Source: the human T2T-CHM13v2.0 reference genome, Homo sapiens
Direction: 5' to 3' (one strand)
DNA: 64,000 bases
Assembly (NCBI RefSeq): GCF_009914755.1
Contig: NC_060944.1
Part shown: in pieces, positions 53,084 through 64,000 of the stretch
Position numbering within the stretch: position 1 is the stretch's first letter
Layout: every line of letters begins with the position of its first letter
The notes under the pieces: generated by a model
The model's database searches: none
The model's input: only the letters and a program-made list of their open reading frames with translations
What the model was told of the DNA's origin: nothing
Program-made: the position numbers and the translations under genes

Positions 53084-53446
53084 AGTCTCTTAGTCCATTT
53101 AGGCTGTTATAACAGAATACCATAAACCGGTACCTTATACACAACAGGAATTCATTTCCCACAGTTCTGGAGGCTGAGAAGGCCAAGATCAAGGCAGTAT
53201 CAGATTTGGTGTCTGGTGAGGGCCTGCTTTCTGATTCATAGATGGCACCTTCTTCCTGTGTCCTCAAACGACAGAAGGGGCAAGGCAATTTTCCAGGGCC
53301 TCTTTTATAAGAGCACTAATCCCATTCTTGAGGGCTCTGCCCTCTTGATGTAATCACCTCCCAAAGGCCCCACCTGTAATATCCTCACATTGCTAATTAG
53401 GTTTCAACACATGAGTTTTGCAGGAACACAAACATTCAGACCACAA
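53084..53446 (-). mobile_element. MLT1A0-like MaLR solo LTR
   Basis: cacagttctggaggctgagaaggccaagatcaaggc...taatcacctcccaaaggccccacct...acacaaacattcagacc. Confidence 0.88.
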
Positions 53447-53654
53447 ACATTCAGACAAACATTCAGCTACCTAGCCCGGTAGCTGGTGTGAAAGAGGCAC
53501 TCAATAGATATTTGTTGAATGAATGTATTCCCTCATCAATGAAATGTGGTATCACTCATCTTTTTAGGGATGTGTTGCTTTGTTCCATTTCTTTTGTGTG
53601 TATCTGATCTCTAGTGAAATGATGAGGTTGAGGGGGTCAACCACTAGAATAACC

Positions 53655-53802
53655 CCAGAGCTTCTCAGCCTCAGCACTACTGACATTTTTTATCCAGATA
53701 ATTCTTTGCTGCTGGGAGTTGGCTTTTACATTGCAGGATATTTACTAGCATCCTTGGACTTTATCCACTGGATGCCAGTAGCAGGTATGGATGCATGTGC
53801 AT

Positions 53803-53844
<42 letters not shown>

Positions 53845-53920
53845 GTTACAACCAAAACTGTCTGTAAATATTGCTGATATTCCCTAGGTTCTACAATTGG
53901 CGTTGGTAGAGAGTCCTTGT
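53655..53920. mobile_element. MER20 fossil containing (CA)19 at 53804-53841
   Basis: ttctcagcctcagcactactgacattt...gataattctttg...actggatgccagtagc...agttgttacaaccaaaa. Confidence 0.85.
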
Positions 53921-54724
53921 ACTAAACTAGCATCATAATAAGCACCAAATGAGTGCTCAATGCAGTCTTGTTGGATGAGAAAGTGCACTTCAGTTTTACC
54001 TGCCTCGAGGATTTTAGACCATCACTCTCCTAAAATCTTGCACCTTTGCTAATGCTTCAGTTCACTCCTCAAGCACCTGATGAGCACTTGTGAAATACAG
54101 GCCCTCTGTTCTGGGCACTGAAGATCCAGAACAGCATGATCCAGTCCTGGACTCAAAGAACTCATGTCTATCAGGGGAAATGAACAAAAAATATCAGGCT
54201 GTGACAGGTCCTACCATGAAGGCCACGATGGAGGTTAGGGCAGCACCAAGGAAGGGGGCGGTCAGGCTGGAAGGGCAGGGGCTTCATAAAGCAGAAGCTC
54301 TGTTTTGTTCCAGCCACACTCCAGAACAAAGAGCATGTCCTGGCCCACAGGAGCCACTCAAGAAATATTGGCTACTGAAAGACCTCCAGGAGGAGCAGGG
54401 ATTGAAACACCAAAAGAAACTGATAATCTTGGCGGCTCTGAAGATATTGCATCGGGGGCCTGTTTTTATCCTAAAGAGAGAGATGAGTAAGTTGGCTCCA
54501 TCAGGGAATCTGGAAGTAAATCAGGGCCCAGACTGGTTTTGGGGGAAACCAATGGTGAACCCTAGGTGAGAAAAGATACTCCATGTCACTACAAACCCAA
54601 AAAATGTAAGTGAAAGCAACAGTAAATTCCTTTGGAAATGTTGGAAATGAAGAAAGTGTGTCCACTTTGGTTGGATTCTGGTACTCTGGAAGTCCGTATA
54701 AATCCCTAGGCAAGCTCAATACAT

Positions 54725-54985
54725 AAATGTTAATAATAATAGCAGCTAACACTAAAATATTAATTTGTTCAGTACATTGTTTTGACAATTACTTATTTCC
54801 CATGACTCATTTAATCTCCACAGAAAATCTGTTGGGTAGCTATTATCATCATCTATTTCTTACTGATGAGAAAACTGATTATCAGAGAATTAGCTTTTCC
54901 TAAATCACTCACCTAGTAAATTCAAGAGCCAGAATTTGAACCTAGGCAGTCTGCAACAAAATCTGTGCTCTTAACCACAGTTATA
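54725..54985 (-). mobile_element. MIR (MIRb-like)
   Basis: ataataatagcagctaacact...gatgagaaaactga...gagccagaatttgaacctaggcagtctg. Confidence 0.85.
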
Positions 54986-55050
54986 AAGGGTCTGAAAATA
55001 CCAAAAGGACTTTAACATCAAAGTCATAACCATTTTAAAGAATATAGAAG

Positions 55051-55187
55051 AGTTGGGCATGGTGGTACATGCCTATAATCCCGGCTACTCAGGAGGCCAA
55101 GGTGGGAGGATTGCTTGAGCCCCAGAGTTTGAGATCAGTCTGGCAACACAGCAAGACTCTGTCTCAAATAATAATAATAATAATAAT
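55051..55187 (+). mobile_element. FLAM_C-like Alu monomer with (AAT)n tail
   Basis: Single left-arm-type unit. Confidence 0.82.
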
Positions 55188-55564
55188 TTAGAGGAAAAGA
55201 CAGAATAAATATAAAGATGGAGAATTTCAACAAAAAAATTAAGAACTCTGAAATGGAACCAAAAGGAAATTCTAGAACTAAAAAATTCAATATCTGAAAT
55301 TAGAATCTCTTGGGTGAACATAATAGTAGACCAGACTTAAAAGAAGAATCAGTAAATCCAAAGTCAAGTTGATAATAATTATCTAACTGAAGTGGAAAAA
55401 GAAAGAAGTGTAGAGCAACATCAAACAGTCAAACATATGTATAATTGGAGATTCAGAAGGAAAGAAAAGAGGCAATAGAGAATAAACAATATTGACAGTT
55501 AAAATGGCTGAAATTTCCCCAGAATTGATTAAAGACATTAAGCCACAGATTCAAGAAGCTCTAT

Positions 55565-55871
<307 letters not shown>

Positions 55872-56085
55872 CAAGAAGCTCTGTGAATGCTGAGTAGGAG
55901 AAATACAAAGGAAGTTACATTTAGGTACATTACAATCAAACTTCTAAAAATCAAAGATACGGAGAAAATCTTTAAGACAGCTAAAGAAAATATATCCTAT
56001 ACATCAGAACAATCAGAATGATGGGTGACTTCTCTCAGAAATCATGGAAATCATAAGGATAAAAATTGTATTTTCAAAGTAAAAC

Positions 56086-57038
56086 TGTGTCTGTCCCAAA
56101 GGGTTAAAGAAGCCAATGACTAAATTCTTGGGCTTACAGGATAACAGATTTTTAAAACAAACAAACAAAATATCTGATTTTTAAAACAGATTTAAAAAAA
56201 ACAAAAACTGAAACTGTGCTCTTAAAGAGTAAGTAACAAGTAACTAACAAAAATTCTTGACTGGATGCAGTGGATCATGCCTGTAATCCCAGCACTTCAG
56301 GAGGCTGAGGAAGGAAGGTCACTTGAGGCTAGGAGTTCGAGACCAGCCTAGCCAACATAGCAAAACCCTATCTCTACCAAATAATACAAAAATTAGCCAG
56401 GCGTGGTGGCACCCACCTATAAACCCAGCTACTCAGGAGGCTGAGGCAGAAGAATCGTTTGAACCCAGGAGGCAGAGGTTGCAGTGAGCAGAGATCACGC
56501 CACTACATTCCAGCCAGGACAACAGGGTGTGAGACTCTGTCTCAAAAAAAAAGAAAAAGAAAATTGAGTTTTCAAGATAACAGATAAGAAGAAAAAACAA
56601 CTTCCTGAAATGCTGAAACTCCCTCCACTTATAAAATTTTAAAACCGGCTAACATCAGTTAGAACCAAGATGGCCAGCTAGAGTTTACACAGATGCGCTT
56701 GCTGATGTCACAGCCTAAATTTCCACCATGTTTCACACTAACTCTTCTCCAAATTTACACGTGCTACCCGTGAGTTAACATAAAAGAAAACTACACACGC
56801 CCAAGGATTTTCCAGACCTCCCGTTTTCTTTACCAACACTTACTAATCTTGAAATCCACCCACTGTATTTCCTAATGAAAATACTGCCTTGAGGTTGGCA
56901 CAAGAAGACAGATTTGAATCCGACTCCTATCTTCTTGGGAGTTGACTTTCAATATAAAACCTCTATTTTCTCAAAAACCTGTGACATAATATTGACTTCT
57001 AACGCATTACGCAACAAGCTCCTTTTACTAAAGTAACA
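56086..57038 (+). mobile_element. ERV solo LTR (subfamily uncertain) interrupted by an Alu
   Basis: TG start and gtaaca end; internal gctgaaactccctcc, ttccagacctcccg, gagacagatttga, ttttctcaaaaacc. Confidence 0.6.
56259..56562 (+). mobile_element. Alu (AluS/J-type)
   Basis: Sense dimer within the LTR. Confidence 0.93.
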
Positions 57039-57120
57039 AAAGTGCTAGGGGATTAATAAAAACATACTGCCAACTTGGATTTCTATATCCGGTATAAATA
57101 ATCTTCAAAAATGAAGTTGA

Positions 57121-57440
<320 letters not shown>

Positions 57441-58419
57441 GAAGTTGAAATAAAGATATTTTTCAAACAAATAAAATCTGAGAGAATTTGATACCAACAG
57501 ATCTACCCTATTAAGAAATTATAAAGAAAGTTCTTCAGACTTAGGCAAAATGATCTCAGACGAAAGCACACATCCACAGTCCACAGAAGGAATGAAGAAC
57601 AGCAAGAGGATAACTATGTGGCTGAATAGAAAACACTACTTGCATTAAAAAGCACTGATCTAAAGTAACAAGAACGACAATGTATTGTAAGTTTTATTAC
57701 ATATGTAGAGGAAAACATATGACAATAATAGAACAGACAAGAGTGGAAAATGGAATTATACTGTCGTAAAGTTCTTATTAGGCACATGAATAAGTATGGT
57801 ACTAATTGAAGATTAATTGCAACAAATTAGGAACGTATAGATGCAAAGACAACAGAGGAAATACAATGGAGTAATGAAAAACACTTGATTAATCAGAGAC
57901 AGAAAAGGAAGACCAAAAGAACAAAGATTAGGTGAGATGAACTAAATCCTTCACTTAAAAGGCAGAGATCAGCACACAAGATTAAAATAAGAAAACCAAT
58001 GAAGACCTAAACCCAACTACAAGCTGTTTACAAGAAACAGACTTGAAACAGAAGTGAAAAAGAACAAACAGTCCATGAACCCAACAACATGGGGAATCTC
58101 AAAGCATAGGTGGGCAAAAGAGTGCCTACTTATGATGAAATTTATATGAAGCTCAAGAATGAACAAAAAATTAACCTACAATCATCAAGTATTAGGGAAG
58201 TCGGAGTGTAGTTATCTTGGGGGTATTATTTACTGCAAAAGGCCACAAGGGGATTTTTTTAGTAGCAAAGGAAATCTTCTGAATTACAAAGATGAGTATA
58301 TATTTTAAAATTCAGCAAGCTGTGCATTTAAGATTTGTGCATTTTGCTCTGTGTAGATTGTACTTCAGTGAGTGTGTGTGTCTGTGTGTGTCTGTACGTT
58401 CTCACGGCTTTCCCTGCAG

Positions 58420-58835
58420 ATGGGGTTTACCAGGACCCAGTGGTTGACATGGAATTGGTGAGTGGATAGTTTACTGAGGTGTCTCCAGCATAGCATGTGT
58501 GAGGATGCTGAGGAGGCAGGGGAGGGAGGAGGGAGAGGCGGCAGTTACAACTAAGGCCTCAGCAGATCCACCGGACCTGGCAGTGGGATGGCCTTTCAGA
58601 CTTATGCATGGTTGAGGACAGGGGCTGAGTCTTTGCACTCCTGAGTCACCCAGTTGTGGGATGCTGGCTGCCTCTAGGGAGAGGTCGCAGCCTAGGTCAT
58701 GGCAGCTTCCTTTATAGGTTGGCAACTCCTGGCGAGGGACACTGCTGTGAGCTGTCTGCAGCCAACACTCCTGGCTCCTGGGGCAATGGGCACCAAGTCC
58801 CAAAGGGAAGATCAGGTGGCAACCACAACATCCCC
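58420..58835 (-). mobile_element. LTR16-family ERVL LTR
   Basis: aaggcctcagcagatcc...gggatggcctttcaga...ctgtgagctgtctgcagccaacactcc. Confidence 0.6.
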
Positions 58836-59032
58836 TACAACCTCCCTCATCCAAGCCACCAGCCTCATTCACCTGGATGAATGCAACAAGCCCCACTGGT
58901 CTCCAGGTACTCACTCTGTCTTCATTAGGATTGGTTCACCATACTGATGCCAGGGGCTGTTTAAGAGAGCAAGTCACAAGCATGACACCCTGCTCCATTC
59001 CTTCAGTGTCTCCCCATCCTGTCTGGATGGAA

Positions 59033-59346
59033 TTTTAATTTTTTTAAATCTTTATTATTATTATTATTTGAGACAGAATTTCGCTCTTTTGCCCAGGCTG
59101 GAGTGGCATGTTCTCGGCTCACAGCAACCTCCACCTCCTGGGTTCAAGCGATTCTTCTGCCTCAGCCTCCGGAGTAGCTGGGACTACAGGCGTGCACCAC
59201 CACGCCCAGCTACTTTTTGTACTTTTAGTAGAGATGGGGTTTCACCACATTGGCCAGGCTGGTCTCGAACTCCTGACCTCAGGTGATCCTCCCGCCTCAG
59301 CCTCCCAAAGTGCTGGGATTACAGGTGTGAGCCACTGTGCCCAGCC
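59033..59346 (-). mobile_element. Alu (AluSx-like)
   Basis: Antisense dimer; TSD atggaatt. Confidence 0.95.
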
Positions 59347-59433
59347 TGGAATGGAATTCTTTACTCTGGCTATGAAGATCCAGCTGGCTCACTCCATTCA
59401 GCCACACCCCAGCTCAGGGGGCTTTGTGCAGAA

Positions 59434-59490
59434 CAGGGTGACCAAGTGGCCCTGGTTTGCCTGGGACTTCCTGGCTTTGGCACTGAAAGG
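59434..59490. mobile_element. MER81 half fragment
   Basis: cagggtgaccaa...cctggtttgcctgggactt...gcactgaaag. Confidence 0.6.
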
Positions 59491-60609
59491 AGGAGCCAAT
59501 CCACCTGCCCTCAAAGCCCAGCCCATGGTGGGAAGAGGGCAGCAGGGTCTGAGCTTTGCATTCCCTCATTCCTGGGAGATGGTTCCCAGGGAGCTCAGAG
59601 CCCCAGAACTGTGCACAGGGAGGGGACACATTTTCTGTGGCTGGGCAGTGATTAGAACTTAGAAAGGCATGCTGAGGTGTGACTGAAGCCGAAGGAGCGT
59701 GGCTCCCTCCCTCCACGGTAGTTAGAGCCACAGTGCATTCTATCCACCAGGGACGCCAGGAGCTTGAATCTGTGGGGATGTGCCTCTCCTGGAGCCGAAT
59801 CTGGCTGGCATATCAGGGCCAGGCAGTTCTCCAAAACATGCCTACCAGTTGTCCCAGGGCCAGCCTCCCTGGATGTAAGCCTTACTGATTCTGATATTTG
59901 CAAAGAAATAAAATAGGAGTGGGAGGAGATGAAACAAACTCTCCTGTGACCTCTTCTATTCTAGAGTTGACTTTGACACTTCGAGTCGCACTCAGAGCAT
60001 CTCAATTGTGGGTGCCTTTGGCATTTCGTGCAGGGCAATTTTCATTGTGTGGAACTGTCTGAGATACTGCAGAACATTTCATGTCCCTGGCTCATGCTCA
60101 ATAGAGGTCAGTAGATCACTTCTTTCCCTAACCACTGTGACAGCATAAAACACCCTCACCCCTTCCCACTCACATGGGTTTGCATGCAAATCTGACACTT
60201 AAAAAATGCCTTTAAAACTAAGTGGGGGAAGGAGGAGACATGCTCCCAACAGCATTACTAGCTGGGCAGGGCTCTCCACAGGGTGCCAACCCATTTAGTT
60301 CTAAGCTCTCACACCTGTCAAAGAATCTCATTAAATCTTCACTATTTCTGCAAAGAGAAGGGAAGGCATTCAGTATCCTAAACTGAGACAGTTATAACAA
60401 AATGTGAGAAAAGGAGAGAGGGATTCATGGTACCCAGCCAGCAGACGTTCTTGGAGCACTTACTCCATGCCAGGCACTATGCCTGATGGGTAATACAAGA
60501 AGAATAAAGGGCGCTGCCCTGGACTCAGGGAGCTCACTCCTCCTCTCTGGGCAACAGAGAAAAGTCACCCACTGCAGCAAAAGCCATGAGAATATGCTCA
60601 GTGATAAGG

Positions 60610-62028
60610 CAGTGGCGTTAAATCTGCAGGCAGTGGGCTATCTGTGGGTCCTTAAATCTATTTAGTGCATCTTGAACAGTATTTTTAAGCTGGGATAAGT
60701 GGAATAGGAAGGAGTGGAGTGGAGCATGATGGTATGGGATGGGATGGATGGGATGGGATGGATGGATGGATGGGGTGGGATGGGATGGGATGGGATGGGA
60801 TGGATGGATGGGATGGATGGATGGGATGGGATAGGATGGATGGGGTGAGATGGGATGGAATGGATGGGATGGGATGGATGGATGGGATGGGATGGATGGG
60901 ATGGGATGGATGGGATGGGATGGATGGGATGGATGGGATGGAATGGGATGGATGGGATGGGATGGGATTGGATGGGGTGGGATGGGATGGATGGATGGGA
61001 TGGATGGATGGGATGGAATGGATGGATGGGATGGGATGGATGGGATGGGATGGATGGATGGGATGGGATGGATGCAATGGATGGATGGGATGGGATGGGA
61101 TGGGATGGATGGAATGGATGGATGGGATGGGATGGGATGGATGGGGTGGGATGAGATGGATGGGATGGATGGGATGGGATGGATGGATGGATGGGATGGG
61201 ATGGATGGATGGGATGGGATGGGATGGGGTGGATGGGATGGATGGATGGATGGGATGGGATGGATGGATGGGATGGAATGGATGAATGGGATGTGATGGA
61301 TGGGATGGAATGGGATAGATGGGATGGGATTGGATGGGATGGGGTGGGATGGGGTAAGATGGGGTGGGATGGGATGGTATGGGATGGATGGATGAGATGG
61401 GATGGGATGAGATGGGATTGGATGGGGTGGGATGCAATGGGATGAGATGAGATGAGATGAGATGGGATGGATGGCATGGGATGGGATGGGATTGGATGGG
61501 GTGGGATGGGATGGGGTAGGATGGGATGGGATGGGATGGGATGGGATGGGATGGGATGGGATGGGATGGGATGGGGTGGGATGGGTTGGGATGGGATGGG
61601 GTGGGTTGGGATGGGGTGGGGTGGGATGGGATGGGATGGGATGGGGTGGGGTGGGGTGGGGTGGGATGGGGTGGGATGGGGTGGGATGGGATGGGGTGGG
61701 ATGGGATGGGATGGGGTGGGATGGGATGGGGTGGGGTGGGGTGGGGTGGGATGAGGTGGGGTGGGATGGGATGGGATGGGGTGGGGTGGGGTGGGATGGG
61801 ATGGGATGGGGTGGGGTGGGATGGGATTGGATGGGGTGGGATGCGATGGGATGAGATGAGATGGATGGCATGGGATGGGTGGGAGGGGATGGGATATTAT
61901 CAGATGGCAAAAGTAAGAAGTGTTCATATTTTGTCTTCAAAATATAAATATGAGTGCATAATGGCTTGTGATGCAAAATACATTTCTTACTAAAGATCAT
62001 GGACAAAGCACTTAAAACCACACAGTGT
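60610..62028 (+). mobile_element. hAT-Charlie fossil (MER112-like) whose centre is occupied by a G-rich simple-repeat array
   Basis: Left arm cagtgg...gtgggtccttaaatctatttagtg...cagtattttt; right arm tatcaga...gtgatgcaaaatacatttcttact; family name from memory. Confidence 0.55.
60728..61895 (+). repeat. (GGAT)n/(GGGAT)n/(GGGGT)n compound array, about 1.17 kb
   Basis: Read directly; pure (GGGAT)10 at 61523-61572. Confidence 0.98.
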
Positions 62029-62159
62029 AAGGGACTACAGTCCCTTAGGAGCTGCTTTTGCAATAATTTACCTGAAAACTGGTATGAAAATGAGTCATGA
62101 ATTGGACACTTGATGTCAGATTTTTTGAATAATTTTAGTTATAAAGCAACCTCACACAC

Positions 62160-62360
62160 CACAAACGCATTTTTATATCTGATTATTTAGATGATTCCCC
62201 CAACAACCCTGGGAGGTGGCAAGATAGGATCATGCTTCTCCTTGCAAAGCTGAGACGATGGGGACTTGGCAAGGCTGAGAGACTCTCTGGAGGTTGACAG
62301 CTGAGAGGTCAGAGCACCAGACCTGGGGGTCCCACAGCCCAGCTCCCAGTGTGGAGGGTC
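62160..62360 (-). mobile_element. MIR relic
   Basis: caacaaccctgggaggtgg...aggttgacagctgagaggtcagagcaccagacctgg. Confidence 0.5.
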
Positions 62361-62509
62361 CTGCTGTGCCCACTGCCACCAAAAACACAGCTTCGCCCAG
62401 CATCATGCAGTATCTGCCACACAGCGTCTGTCTGCCACATGGCATCTGCCACCTGAACTATCTCCAGGCACCTCTGCAGTTACAGCAACAGGTAGGTTGA
62501 GGGCATTCA

Positions 62510-62827
62510 ATTTGTTTTTTGTTTTTGTTTTCGTTTTTGTTTTTTTGAGACGGAGTCTCACTGTCACCCAGGCTGGAGTACAGTGGCGCAATCTCAGCTC
62601 ACTGCAGGCTCCGTCCCCCAGGGTTCATGCCATTCTCCTGCCTCAGCCTCCCAAGTAGCTGGGACTACAGGCGCCCGCCACCTCGCCCGGCTAATTTTTT
62701 TGTATTTTTAGTAGAGACAGGGTTTCACCGTGTTAGCCAGGATGGTCTCGATCTCCTGACCTCATGATCCGCCCACCTCGGCCTCCCAAAGTGCTGGGAT
62801 TACAGGTGTGAGCCACCGCGCCCGGCC
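62510..62827 (-). mobile_element. AluY-family element
   Basis: Y diagnostics ttcatgccattctc, caccgtgttagccaggatggtctcgatctc, gacctcatgatcc; tcaatt flanks. Confidence 0.93.
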
Positions 62828-63744
62828 TCAATTGGGTTTTTGACAAAAGACTCCCTACCAAGATTTCACGGGCACAAACTCTCCACACTTCTATCCTGAG
62901 AGAAAACCTTCCCACTGTAACTTCTGACTCTCGGTTGTTAATGTGTTTGGCTGTCAGTTCCTAAGGAGCCATGTCCATCGAGCAGGTTGGATGGCGCCAC
63001 CTTGGCAGTTCCTTCCAGCACCCTCCAGGGGCAGTGCGTCCTGCTCATCCTGCAGGTGTTTTTTGAGCAATGCTCAGTGCCAGGCACAGTTCCAGGTGCT
63101 AGGGATGCAGCTGGGCCCCAGTCCCTGCCCCATGGACCTGACACTCCTGACACTGCAATCTGGCTGGGGGAAGCAACTCTTCCAAGGGCTTTTATTCCAA
63201 CACAGCCCATGGCCCACCGCCCCTCAGACTAAAAGAGAAAAAAAAGTGAAATGTCAAGGTTTCTCCAGAAGGAGAGCACAGAAGGAAACACGCAGATTGA
63301 AACGCTGTCCTGGCTGGGGATCGGCAAACATCCCCTCCACCCTTGTCTATGTTCAGCGCTCCACCCCAACCACAGGAGTGTGTGAAAGAGGGTCTTTTCC
63401 ATCTCAGTGTCTGTCTGAGGGGCACAGCGCCCTGGTTTGCTGATTTGGGGGTGTCGGCATGAAGTGGACTCAGTGGAGACTGAGCCAAGTCTTGAGCACA
63501 GATGGCTTCACTCTTGCTGGGAGGTCAGAAGTTTCCGTGATGACCTGTGTCACGTGTGTTCATTACACCACGAAATCCATGACCTTCCAGCAAGAACTGA
63601 GGCTTAGACAGGCTGAGAAACTTGTTCAAAGTCACAAACCAGGGTCCCTGGTGGGCTTGGGATTTGAACCCAGAGTGACTGGCCTCAGGGCCCTGACACA
63701 TAACCATGACAATAGTCCCCAGAGTCCTTCCTCTTCTTAGAGCC

Positions 63745-64000
63745 TGTATTAGTCCATTTTCACACTGCTGATAAAGACATACCTGAGACTAATTTATAAA
63801 GAAAAGGAGGTTTAATGAACTCACAGTTCCACATGGCTGGGGGGGGGCCTCACAATCATGGCAGAGGATGAAAGGCATGTCTTACATGGTGGCAGACAAG
63901 AGAGAATGAGAGCAGCAAAAGGGGAAAGCCCTTATAAAACCATCAGATCTTGTGATGGTTTTATCTTATTCACTACCACAAGAACCACCCCCATGATTCA
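63745..64000 (-). mobile_element. THE1 (MaLR) LTR, runs off the window
   Basis: tgtattagtccattttcacactgctgataaagacatacctgagact...cctcacaatcatggcaga...cccttataaaaccatcagatctt. Confidence 0.9.

Noticed and set aside
60618-62063. 481-aa, 421-aa and other long ORFs (PSHPI / GWDGM repeats)
   Set aside because: They are translations of the GGAT/GGGAT array, which is nearly free of stop codons in several frames on both strands; there is no other sign of coding sequence

Overview
This is simian-primate (most likely human or ape) non-coding euchromatic DNA, either intergenic or deep intronic. I find no supportable protein-coding exon, RNA gene, CpG island or CRISPR array. The longest ORFs arise from simple repeats, and many others from Alu or LTR sequence; none of the rest translates to a protein I recognise. 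Much of the window is recognisable interspersed repeat: 21 Alu-family elements (19 dimers, 2 monomers, including one AluY), many MIR and L2 relics, L1 fragments (one with a 5' inversion), solo LTRs (MLT2, MER31, LTR10C-like, MER52, MER41 family, MER4, LTR16, LTR33, LTR41, MLT1, THE1) and hAT/mariner fossils (MER5, MER20, MER20B, MER1A/B, MER33, MER58A, MER81, MER112-like, MADE1). Subfamily names come from my memory of consensus sequences, not from a RepeatMasker run. The most notable structures are: (i) short, well-preserved local duplications of largely non-repeat DNA 1.4-1.9 kb from their partners, twice in a permuted end-then-start order, one of which places a GTAAGT splice donor just behind a solo LTR; (ii) a 21-unit 37-bp minisatellite with higher-order structure and 18 AGGAAGT ETS cores, born inside an LTR16-like element; (iii) a 1.17-kb GGAT/GGGAT/GGGGT array expanded inside a hAT fossil; (iv) a (GGAA)12-containing homopurine tract grown from an Alu tail; (v) several repeat-free, motif-dense enhancer-like islands, one with a near-perfect OCT-SOX composite. 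I cannot claim a new biological system from sequence alone, so these are testable leads.
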